Shown here: one piece after another, positions 37,446 through 49,428 of the stretch | How the letters are laid out: each line of letters starts with the position of its first letter | How positions within the stretch are numbered: the stretch's first letter is position 1 | DNA from: Phoronis australis | Taxonomy: Eukaryota > Animalia > Phoronida | Assembly: GCA_002633005.1 (NCBI GenBank) | Contig: NMRA01000047.1 | Location: forward strand, 1,229,911-1,293,910 | Reading direction: 5' to 3' | DNA: 64,000 bases | Program-made: the position numbers and the translations under genes | Notes under the pieces: model-generated | Seen by the model: only the letters and a program-made list of their open reading frames with translations | What the model was told of the DNA's origin: nothing | Databases searched by the model: none

Positions 37446-40400
37446 TTAAAAACTTCGGTCATTCACAACAGTTTTAACAAGACCTAAAAGCTGGTGAGAA
37501 TTTACATTTTGTCAAAACGCCGATATTATGTACAGCAAATTTGGGAATGTATCTCAAAATGTTTACTCTACTCTGTTCTACTAGTTCATGGCTAGTGGGG
37601 TTTCGTTTTGATGCCGAGTCTGTTGTTGGCGGCACATTCAAGTAGTTAGATGGCACAGATCTAGAATCACGTGACTATTCGCAGAGGAAACGGGGAGAAC
37701 TGCTACGTTACGTGTGTTAGCAGTGTGAAAGATAGACGTAGTTGGAAAGTGGGGAATTGCGTAGAAACTCGACTGCTTTTTGCCTGTGAACGTTTCTACA
37801 ACGGTAAGTTATGTTTGCTGTTCCTTTAAAGATGATATGAACGCTCAATCGCTCAAATATCTGGACATTTAGGTCGTTTTCTCGCCGACACGTAATATCA
37901 CTTTTAGCAATAAACTAAACACCCTTTGCTCACGGTGGTCATTAACGTTGGTAGTATTTTTGATAAAAATGGTGTTCACTAGGCTTTGGAATAGGACGTC
38001 AACAGAACTGCAACTGGTCTTTTCACGGATGTCGTGTTGATTTTGCTCCGTCTTCGATAATATTTACTTCTGTTACTCAGCGGCTGACCTGCTGTAGTCA
38101 GTATTGCTTTTTTGCAGTTTTGCATTTTAGCGATGTAGCCTTTGCGTCTATAATGTTTTGATCCACAACGCGTGTCGTACGGATAAATTTTGCTTTTTAT
38201 GGCAGTTCTGTTCATGTTTCAATTAAATCCATATTTCAGAAACAGGAAATTCCGTTCTCACAAACTAGATAAAGTTTTAAACTCACAAAGCCACCACTCA
38301 GTTGAAACTTGACACATGCACTTTGATAATCTTTATTCTATAACAGCTTGAGGTCGTTTTTCTCATTTATCTCGTGAAATTTCATTGCTAAACAGTGCAG
38401 CCAAAGATGGCACTGAACAGTTAGGCTGCGGCCACGGCCAATTTGTACTTACCTAGATTTAAAAAAATCTAGGGGTAGGCCAGGCTTGGAGGTATTTTTT
38501 AAATTAGATATTGTATGTAGGCCAAGGAAATGTGGTTTGTTTGTATTTGTGAACATGTTGAGAATGAAAAAAGACCATTTGCTCGGCTGTAGCTGCACTC
38601 TTCTTCAAGATGGTGGCCCCCTTTTGCAATTGCGCATTGCTCGGTAGTGACTGAGAAATTGGCTGCAATTTTAGGTAGCCCTCAAACAAGCCAGATTTGC
38701 AAAAAAAACTAGTTGATCGACAGTACTTTTGGAAGGAAGACATTTTTGGAATTGGCAGGGAATTTGCTTTCGGAATCTAATGTTGGCTGTAGTCAAGCAT
38801 CGGCAGGGAAATGGTGATTTTGGGGTGAAAAGTGCCGATTTTGAGTTTTTTTTGCCCCTATTTTTCTTAGTCTAGCTTGGTTTTCATAGGAGTGGCAGGG
38901 TCAAAAATACAAGAGAGAATAAAGTTTTTGGGCTCATCTGTAGGGCTTGTGATGTGAAATGACTCAAAACTTTTCTTTCTTTGCATGAACTTTTTGACAG
39001 AGTGAAGAAAGGGTGACGAGTCCATTGACGTGTATTCTGATAGGGAAACACCTGTGAGAACTGTTCTGTGCCCCCAAAGCCGTTACCCCACGGTCTAAAT
39101 TGACACATGATTTGTTTTCACCGTGTGATGCTGTCGCCTCATGTTGCTGATTCATTAAACTATTTTCAAACCCTTAACAGAGACCATTGGACGGCCACGG
39201 ATGGACATTGTTGTTTCATGGTCCGTAAAGACGTTTAGCGGGCGTGTGTGCAATAAACAAATATGGCAAGATTTGACGGCTTCGGTGGTAAAAACGCAAT
39301 GGCGCTTTTTGTACTGCCTACGGCTGCAACAACAGACAATTGAAAATACGTAACTTATGCTTTTTTCACTTCCGCACTGATTAAGATAGATGATGTTCAC
39401 GATTGAAACAAAGACTGTTTTTGCGTGAAATTGTTGCCTGACATGCAGTGATGTGCTGAGTGATTTGAACTTAATGTCTTTGCTGTTCCCTGCATTTGAT
39501 CGCTTATATAGAAAATTATCGTAATTGGTTTGCATGATTTTGGGAACTACTGATTAGTTTTTTCTATGCCTATTGATGCTTCTAACTACTTTCTTTCATT
39601 TCTTTCTGCAGTCTTAATACATTCAAATCTAAATTTAATTATATTTACTATTACTATTTATTTATTTATTAATTTTATTATTTTAATATCACCATATATG
39701 TGTTTTTATCTATACTTTATTATTTACCTATTATTATATATATATTTTAATTTATTTATTGTTTTTACTTATTCGCTATTACTTATTTAAATTGTTTCTT
39801 GGTATCACATGCAGTCAACATCCTGGCTGTCGTTGGTCAACAATCTATGTTATATTGTAGTAATGAACACCCCTAATACATATTGGTTAAGGTGCCGTAG
39901 TGGGTACATTGTGTTGCTCTTGTTTAGAAATAATTGACTAGCACTTGTTATTTTGTATACGCTGTTTAAGCCCACTTATGTGCTTATAATTTGGACACTA
40001 CACTGCAGCATTTTTCTGCATCCACAATATTTTCCTTGTCTATCAATTATTTTTTCAAAGCGACTTCATAGATTCTGGTGAAACTTCATTTAAATTTATG
40101 GCTGGGATACGCCAGCACCATTTCGTTTTTGGACTATTTTAAGTGCTGTACTATCCCGTTTTCTTCTAGGCGTTTTTCAAATGCATTGTGTGACGGTTGG
40201 GGAATTCTAAACATCTGATGACACTACATGAGGTCGGGGTTCTAATTTTTGTACTCGAAATCGAACCTGAAAATAATTTTGACACACTCCATTCTATTTT
40301 TGTGCGAGTTCAAATGTCTATTATTCTATACTGGAGTACCTTATGGTTTACGTGGACGACTTGTCTAATTCTAGTGTGACGATCCCAGTATTAATCTCGA

Positions 40401-41929
40401 GTTTTCGCTCGAGTTTGTAACTCGAATCTAAGAGACCTAGACACTGGTTTACGTAACTAGAACACAGAATAATAGACCCTTATCTTGAGCTCGTCTTAAA
40501 ATAGAACGGAAAATGTCAGAAATAAATTCGAATAATATCTAGAGTTCAAAGGTTAGACCACAGGTCCTGTTTGTGTTTGAGTTGCAAGATTTAATGTAGG
40601 TTTGACCGGAAGCCATGTGCCTTGAGAATCTTAAGCGCGACAGATTTGCCAATTTATTTACTTATTCTTTTATTTTTCTGTGATTTTTGCTTTGTCGTAG
40701 TGGCGCCAAAACATGTTGCATTAGACCCTTGCTTTCAACTTTGGTGTGCCCAAATGACAAGAGTTATTTTTATCGTTTACATCACCACGTTATTTGCGGA
40801 ATGAGCCGATAACTGTCCCACAAGGCATTTGAAAAAGGACAGCAGCGATGAATATGAAATCAGCAAATCGCTCCCCCTATGTCAACGTACCATCTCCGTT
40901 GTTGTGTCCGAAGATTGGAGTCCGTATACTCGGAGGTTTGAAGTTTTGTTGGACGGAACATCTACTGTTTTCAAGATTCACCATTCCGAAAGAAAGTTAG
41001 AGCTTGTTTGCGTACTCGTTGACTGACAAGTGTTCGACCAAAGTACGTTCTGAATCAATGCATCCTAACACCAATGTACCGTAGATCCAATAATGCAGCG
41101 GACCTTCGGGGAAATGGGGTGTAATCGGTGAATCATTTCCTGGCTTAGGCAAGACATCTGCATGCGGAACGTTTTCATGTTTAACTCTCTGTGGTATTGT
41201 CCAGCTAGCTAAGGAAGATACATCTTGGGGCTTGCAAAAACAGGGACCCTGCAACTTGGGACTTGAAAACCAGGGACCCAATCTCTTCGCTACATGATCC
41301 ACTCAACTGATTCCTGGGCGTGGGGGTAAAGGTGGTCAAAATCGAAAACTGTGGCGACAGGGATTCTGGCTATTGCTACGAACGTGTGCTGTAGGTGGAA
41401 ATTGTGACAACTGGGGGTTGATACTGTGAGCCGGGGAGTGGGTGTTATGGGTTATGTTATTTCAGCGATTTTGTCCACATTTAAACATACAGCTTGAGCT
41501 ACTGCTTCACATTCAGTCATGGTGAAAATGGAGCCCCTTTAAACATCAGTAAATCTGGTCCTGCCTACGGTGAATCCTATTTCTGTGAAGCTGGAAAAAG
41601 CTCCATCAAATTATAATTTGCACGTGTCTAATAGAAAGAGCACTTGCATCATGCGAACCACAAGTGAATAGCATCGCGTTAATGACACGACCATCTGCAC
41701 TAAGTATGCACACTCAACGCAACACATGTAATTCCTGCATAGAGACGGTAGGGCGTAGTCAAGGCGAAAGGTACAAGTTTTGCAATGCAATTACCCCCCC
41801 CCCCGATGGAGCACTGCTTATTTATATTCTAAAAAATATTTTTTGCCTCAACCGTCGTAGTTCTAATCTAGTTCAGTTGAAAATCGTTTTGTAATAAAAG
41901 TAGTTTGGTTTTCGCTCATGTCTTTGTAG

Positions 41930-42304
41930 GATTAACGCCATTCTTTAATATCGGGCAGTACGACTTCTTGGGCGCACCCATAACCGACAGAGAAGGTATC
42001 AAGTGGTAATTCATTCCCTTAAGTCTCAGTCGTAACGGCAAACGAAGGGTTCACGGTGGCTCCGGAATTTGTGACAAATATCGGAATAAAGAAGGTAATT
42101 TGCATTTTTTAAATTTACTTGTAATTATTTTAGGCTCTAAAATTTCCAAGCCATTTGTTAATTTACAGTGTATGTCTGCAAATACTGATGTATTCATTAA
42201 TTTTTGTTTCTAGAGTCATAGAACGCCTTCCAAAGCCTTGGGGAGGTTGTACACGAGATAGTGGGAATGGCTACAAACCCGCGGGTTACTTGTTTTCCGT
42301 AAAG
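41930..42304 (+). pseudogene. Two-exon fragment of a DEG/ENaC/ASIC-family channel gene
   Basis: Exon 41930-42094 reads GLTPFFNIGQYDF...DREGI/VVIHS...EGFTVAPEFVTNIGIKK|gt with frameshifts. Exon about 42214-42304 reads VIERLPKPWGGC...|gt. Both match DEG/ENaC ectodomain motifs. Confidence 0.75.
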
Positions 42305-42619
42305 GTGACGAGCTTGAAAGTGGTTACAGTCAAATGAATTACACCAACTTATCATATTCATTTGTCTGAAACGTGTTTTATATAAACTGTCACAGCATTA
42401 GAAAAAAATGTTAAAATTTTCAGTTTGCTTACCATAGATCAGTTAAAATACAAATACAGTTATGTTAACTTTATTTGAATTTACATGTGAGTTAACTTAA
42501 ACAATTATATTGAATTATAGTAAAAACTTTTCAATTTCGTTCGCGAATCATTATGAAAATTGACATATTTGTTCATGCTGAGTCAGTGGTAATGGACCTC
42601 ATTTTTCTTTGCTCTTGTT

Positions 42620-45102
42620 TGATGTTCATCAGCCACGAAAAACCTGTGTTATTAATGGCTACCAACAACCGCCATACCTTTTCCATCAACCCCGCTGTGG
42701 TCAGTCATGCAAAGATCTGGAAAATTCAAACTTAGAATAAAACATGCAATCTAAAGTCAACCATTCAATGGAAAAGTCAACACGTAGATATTTTGAGAGG
42801 CGGGGGGAGGGTTCAGGGGGTTCAAACCACCCTCCCAACAGGAACAAAAATAAAAAAAAAATAAAAAAATGTCGCCAGGAAAACAAAATCAGCTAATGAA
42901 AATCAAAAAAAAAAATCTTAGACCGGAGGAGGGAAACCCCCTACCGACCTTTACTATTCTCGGCGCTATGCACCTCGGACTCATGCGAATCCTAACAAAC
43001 CCCCCTTACTGAAAACGTAGATCTGCCACTGTGTTTCTATATTTTACAGACAGAATCATGAACTTGCAATCGGCACAAAACACAACCACTCGCCATCTGT
43101 TTCCAAAACTCCATGGACGCCAGAGACTTCGACCCTTGCATGGAAGTGAGCCAAAAAGACCTCGTCTCTGGCATCCAAGCCTTTGGCAGGTGGTCCACCG
43201 CCAGTCTTTTTGGCACTCTTCTTAATTTCATCAATTTTTGATTTAGCTGTAGGATGAATTAAACGAGAATAGTCAATTCAAATTACGCTGGAGTGTCTCA
43301 ACCCATGATTTACATTCTAGAAACCGGTGGCACTACAGAACTGGCCTCCTTAGACATGGAGTACTTGGAAGTACATGTACATGTAGTGTTAACGGAGGTG
43401 GGTGAGGATCAATATTGTGAAGTATAAATAGGAATTTATGAAATGCATTAACATTATGTGTACCAAATAAAGTTGGTTAAGACACACACAAATTACACTC
43501 CGACTTTTAGATAGGCGTTCACATTTTTTACATAAATTATTAAAGGTAACAGGAAATCAACCAACAAACAGCAATTATCTTGTTACAGAATTGTACTGAA
43601 AATTTTTCTTACACTCCTCAATTGACCTTTTGGTCGTGAACTGGCTGAAATTAGAGGAATAGAGTGAATAAAATTCTAGATAAACTGAAATTAACAGTGT
43701 CATTCTAACTATATAATATCGTGTTCACTAATGTGTATATTGCACTGTGCGCACTGAAACTCACCTACTGATGAATTTTGCCACTATCTCCCATCCCACC
43801 CTTTTTGGCTGAGGATTTTATATTACCCGCACCGCGGTGGTCACCAAACAACGTGGTTTCCATCGCCATTACTTTTTCTGTAAGAACCTTTTCTTCTTCT
43901 GTTGTCCTCAGACCTCTTTTGGAAGAGGCGATGGATTGACTGCTGGTTGCTCTTACGGTTTTTATGCTGAAAGTCAATTGCAATCCGTGATACCCATTCT
44001 AATAAATTGTTAATTCAGCTATTTCTTATTTAAAATACACAAAGGTTCGCATAACGCCCTCATCTCTAAAATGAATACAACCTAAACGAGTCCATTTTCC
44101 ACGATGTTGCATTTAAAACCATGGCAACATAGCACACTTTTTTCTAACTGAGTTTTTAACGTGTTACGAACCCCACGAAAATATCCATAGTTTGCTACAT
44201 TTGGAAATATATTAACTTTGAAATGGATAATCGGACTCAAATGAATTTTCAGACAGTTCGATTGATGCACTGTTCTAAACAACGCAATAAGGGATTAGTT
44301 TTAAAGTGCTTTTCTAGTTTTCGTCAAGTGCTATTAAACGAGGGCTTAGGATTTTTATCAATTTTGGTGTCTTTTTTGCAAAATTAGTGTAATGTTAAAT
44401 AACACAAAACGGTCGACCGAAGCAGCAATGCATTTTCAAACCTTTCGATGTAGGCTTGGTATGCATGACAACAGCAGTAAAAACCGCTTACTTGGCGACC
44501 CCTATAGAAGCGCTCATTAACTAAGAAGTTCAAAGCGAGGCTTTGAGCAGAAGATATGGGACGCTGACCGAACGCTGGTCAAAGTAACAGTGGGTTTTGG
44601 GTTTAAAATTGTATAATTTTCAGTAATTTGGCAAAAAAGGTTGTCGTTTGCTCAAAGACAGGCAAGGTGTTCGATCCGAAACTGTTTAGATAAGGTGAGC
44701 CTACGTTGCTTTCCGTTGATAACTTTTCACCAATCAATACCACACTGACGCACAATAGCAATAGATAGCGTTAGGTCTAAAGACTCTAAAGGTTTCGCTG
44801 CTTTTAAATTGAAGTCATTGGGTGCCTTTTTGGCTGGTGTCTGTGACTTTTCTACTCAAAAGCCGACGATCACGCAGTAGAGGGTGCACTTCTCGAAGAA
44901 AATTATTTTGTATTTAATCATTCACAACACAGGAGAGTTCCTTAGTAGGCCTAACTCGAGTACGATTTCTCGAGTAAACTCGATTTCCAGTCGACTCGAA
45001 AATGAACGTTAGGCACGCGATTTCGAGTTTGACTCGACTGAGACAGATTTCGAATACAAATTTTCGAGTCTGAGTTCGAGTCTGACATTAGGCACCGTAC
45101 CC
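42620..45102 (-). mobile_element. Harbinger/PIF element A (truncated): TIR plus Myb/SANT-like gene remnant
   Basis: Ends ...gacattaggcaccgtaCCC|TAA. Minus-strand exons RTTEEEKVL..LFGDHRG, KRSIEECKK and KKTGGGPP. It is an inverted, diverged copy of 51518-53870. The left boundary is approximate. Confidence 0.8.
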
Positions 45103-45207
45103 TAACCTGTACATTTCGATTACGATTTTGAGTAAAAATTTCGAGTATATGCTCAAATTTTCAAGTTTCGTTCGCCAGTGTGCTTGACGTTGTACTCGAA
45201 AATAAAT

Positions 45208-48200
45208 ATGGCGAATGTGAGACACAGACAAATTATTCAACGAGCAAGAGAATATCAAAAGATCATTGAGAGACACATCAAATCCTTTGGAAATTTTAAG
45301 TCGACGTACCATATTTCAGCGTTCCTTTTTAGTCCAGAGACAATAGTTTTCATTTTAAATCTCCTTCATCTTAACCCGCCGTATCATCGCACTGCATTGC
45401 CGCCACTTTATGAACTTCGTCTTACTCTACAATTTCTGGCAACTGGTGCCTTTTATTCCGTAGTCGGTGAGTCATTACAAGTGTCAAAGCATCTGTGAGG
45501 AAAGCCATGTGAGAAATTTGTACTGCCCTGATTGCAGTGGGTGTGTAACGGTGTGTACGGTTTCCCAAAGACGAGGAGGCGAGGAAAGTTAAACAACTGT
45601 TTGCTTCCATGCCAGGTACATTTCACATCATAGTTTAAGTTATCCAAAATTCTTCAATCGGCGAGTCGTATTCCATATTTTGTTTGCCCATTTCTCAGTA
45701 GAGGTCTCGACCCGTTTACTGATGAACTCTGAATGCTTGTAGTGTTTTTGAACTCACGCGCCAAATGTCTCCTAACTTGATACATCCCGGTAAAACGCAA
45801 AGATACATGTACAATATCACAGTTTGACATCAGCGTAGGCCTACACAGTAATGGGCTCTATGTGAAGACTTATTAGCAAGCGAAAAAGCAAGTACAGGGG
45901 TTGAACAATGAGATAAATATAGGAAACAAACAAGTGAAGCTCAAAATGTTGACTGGCGTCGATGTGGCTGATGAGGGCAACTGGCTAACGAGGGAAGAAA
46001 GCCACCGCTGGTAATTAAGGTCCGAATCTTTAAAATTCGACCTACCTCAAAGAAAATGTGCAATTCGAACTTTCCCTAAAAATGTTGGTTGTGGGCCTGT
46101 GATATGGGTGCCTGACCCCCGGGACCGGGGTCACTGGCCCACCTCTGCATCATTGAGAAAGAAAATTTCAGTACTCCGCCTCCTGTGCAGGGAGCTTACA
46201 CAAATCCCCATCACCTATTATTAGGTGATATATCTTGTTTGAAGAAATGCACAGAACATACAAGGAAAACAATGAAAAATCCATAAATCGGGAAGCATTA
46301 CCTGTGGGTTGTAGACATAGATGAAAGTAGTATACATAGAACTAAATACTGTAAGTAGTATACATAGAACTAAATAATGTAAGTAGTATCTAATACGAGT
46401 ATTACAAAATTTAGATATGCTATCAGGAACATATTAAGAACAAAAACATGCACAGATATATAAATCAGAATCAACAAGATTCATAAGCGATGCCTTAAAA
46501 TTTACTAACATTGCTTAAGAGAAATTCATTGAGAGGAAGGTCGAAGTTTGAGTTGTACCATTTAATAATAATGTAACTTTAGTAGAGTTGTTATTGCAGG
46601 AATTGAAAGCATTTACAATTACTAGTTTGTTTCTCGGGTATTCGATGAGAACACATATGAAGAAAACATGAAGATAAGATTGATGGTCATAACATTGGAG
46701 AAACATTACTAAATCTGTGCCTAAAATTGTAGGTTTTTGGGAAAAAATGCATCTCGATCGGTACAATGCTATCTCGTTTTCACGAGGAAGCCAGAATTAT
46801 GTCAGGGGTATTGAGTTGTCAAAAGTATGAAAACTAAAATTTTATTCTCGTAAAAGATTTGCTTTCCTTTACCTAATGCTGGTGTATTTTCAAATCATTA
46901 CTCACTAATGCGATTTCTAAAACAAATGTCTTATTTGTTTGTCAGACGATTTCCGGTGGTTCTTGGGTGTTGTCTGGGACCCTATTTGACTCCACGCTGT
47001 ACCTACACTGTCGGCAGAAAAAAATCGACGCTTGTCACTGTTAATAGTGATTGAAATTACAACTTTCTAAAACCGCTCTGAGATGGTGGCATGTTACAAC
47101 TGTTATTAAAATCTCTTGGTCTATTTACACCGACCTCTTGTCTATTTGCACTGTCACGGCGTTTCGGTCGGTCTATTCTCCGGCCATCGTCAGGTGTTCC
47201 CGCGTTCTTAGAAGAATGAGCACGGATATGTGGTACAATCGTGGTGCGATTTTTTGTCTGAGGAAGGATTTTAAGCCACGACTTCTGAAACTATAGATAA
47301 TTCGAGTCCAGCACCTTAACCACTTCACCACGGAGTCAACCAATTGAAGTTACACACTACCTTTTGATCAAGTTTCTCATACAAAGGCCTGACCTAAGGC
47401 AAAATGAATTAGGGGGAGGGCAAATAACCATCAAACACAGACACTTTTCAAAGGAGAGTCTTGAGATCATTGCCTTCAGGAAAGTAGGGCACTATCCGTG
47501 AATGCTTGTTGTCAGCCTAGCAGTTGTCTTTTGATTAATTTTTTGTCTTCATTCCTTTCCCTTATGGTCCACTCCAATTTTTTTGTTCTTCATACCTGCG
47601 GATGGGAAGTAGAACGGTCCACAACCCAATACAAACTGAAAATGTTTTGATCATTGGAACATAGTTCATCTTTGGGTGTAATTTATTTTTTTTCTAAAAT
47701 CTTAAAATCACGTAGGTGCGAAAATTTTTTCTGAAAATCATGGGGCTCTATCCCCCAGCCCCCTGTTATTCCGACAGCTATGTTACAGAAGGGTCAAATT
47801 TTGAGGGCAAAGCTCTTCCAAGTAGTGTCTTGTGAGGGGTGGCTAGTCTGGGCACTGAGCTGATGTAGCGCTACAAAGAGCAAAAATTGTCTAATTTGCA
47901 TTTGTAACATTTATTAGCCCATGTGATCAAGATAAATGTTTATAATTTTCGTCGTTTCATTCGTTGCAGGTTTTCGGAATACTCTGTCAGCAATTGACTG
48001 TACGCACGTAAGAGTTGCGAGACCGTCAGTCGCAAATAGTTATGTCCTTGTCAACAGGAAGATGTATCATTCCATCAACGTTCAGGTAATATGACTATAG
48101 AAAAATGTTGCGCAAAAAATAATCAAAATGTTGTAACATATTGTAATATCGAGATTTTGCACACATAACTTCAAAAAACACTGTGGGAATGCCTGCAACA

Positions 48201-49428
48201 ATGGGTATTTCAAAATTACCGCTTTCCGTAGCCTCGAAGGAAAAAATATTTATTCGATAAATATGATAAATTTAAAACATTATCTAATCCCTTTGGAGAT
48301 GTGTTGTGATTCCACTTTCTGTATAACAAGTTGCGTGGCAAAGTGGCAGGGTAGTGTCCATGACAGTCGCATCTTTTGGACGTCTAGTTTATGTCATCAG
48401 TTAGAACAAGGTATAATAAATTAACACGGGGTTATGTGTTTTACTATTATGTGGACTATCAAATAAAAATTTCAAACGCGTAGTAATTAAGACAATATTC
48501 TTACTGAACCTTTTTCAGCTTAACATCCATGTGTTAAGACTATTGTAGAACGTAAGATGTTCATGCCATCAGACAGCGATTGAAATGGGGACGCTAAATG
48601 TGGGAATGTGGACATTGCATGGCAGTGGTCCAAGCCTATAGCCTGCCTTTCCCAGATTCCACACTGCTCCATCTGCCGAACGCTGTTTTTAGTCCTCAGT
48701 TGTTCGGTCTGAAGTAAACCCAGCCTTTTCATCTGTTAGGGACGTAAAGTTTCCTTCCCATTTTGTTTCTAAGATCCCATTTTGGTCCTCAGGGGAGGGA
48801 GGGAGGGGGTTCGTTTGTCGTAATGGGACAGGTGTGTTTGCGAAACAGGTTACAGAACATTCCCATGGGTGTGAGTCCCGCTTGCAGGAGGTCGTCAAAT
48901 GCTTGCCAAGAGGGACCTTAAGCACAGGACGACTAGTGCGTCCTGAACCGTGGCACCCCCGCTACAAGCATGAATCAGTGACCATTTCGTTTGTGCTTCT
49001 TGACATTCCATTCGCAGACTCTTTTGTTTTCTGATTAATGCAGGGGAGCATAGAGGTTATTTGGTAGGGGATTCAGGATACCCGTGTCGACCATTCTTGA
49101 TGACACCCTTCCTGAACACTGCTGGCAATGCCGAAGAAGCTTTCAACTGAGCGCTCTGCAGAACAAGAGTTTGCATAGTGCAGACACTTGGAATTTTGAA
49201 GCGCCGCTTTGCTTGCTTACACAGTGGTTTACGAGTTAGCCGTCAAAAGGCATGTCAAGCTGTCGTGGTCAGCGCCATACTTCACAACGTAGGAATCGAG
49301 AGGGGGAAATATGTGAGTCATGGGCAGAAGACACTGATGAAGAGGAAGAAGAGGACGTGAGGGTCCCTCAAGAGCTGGAGGACGGTCGGCAAGCGCGGCA
49401 GCAAGTCGTACGAAATCATTTTAGTTAA
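45208..49428 (+). pseudogene. Harbinger (HARBI1-like) DDE transposase of element B, four exons, disrupted
   Basis: Exons about 45208-45615, 47970-48085 (AIDCTH...NRKMYHSINVQ), 48299-48410 (KWQGSVHDSRIF) and 49044-49428 (LVGDSGYP...LMTP...GILKRRF...LHN); in-frame stops and frameshifts. Confidence 0.92.
46325..46389. repeat. 28-bp tandem repeat, 2.3 copies
   Basis: aagtagtatacatagaactaaata(c/a)tgt starts at 46325, 46353 and 46381. Confidence 0.85.

Noticed and set aside
39566-39790. Hydrophobic 74-aa membrane peptide
   Set aside because: It is the translation of AT-rich low-complexity (TTTA/TTA) sequence.
45208-49428. Domesticated HARBI1 gene
   Set aside because: Multiple stops and frameshifts, a paired Myb-like gene and related TIR-bearing copies nearby indicate a decayed transposon.
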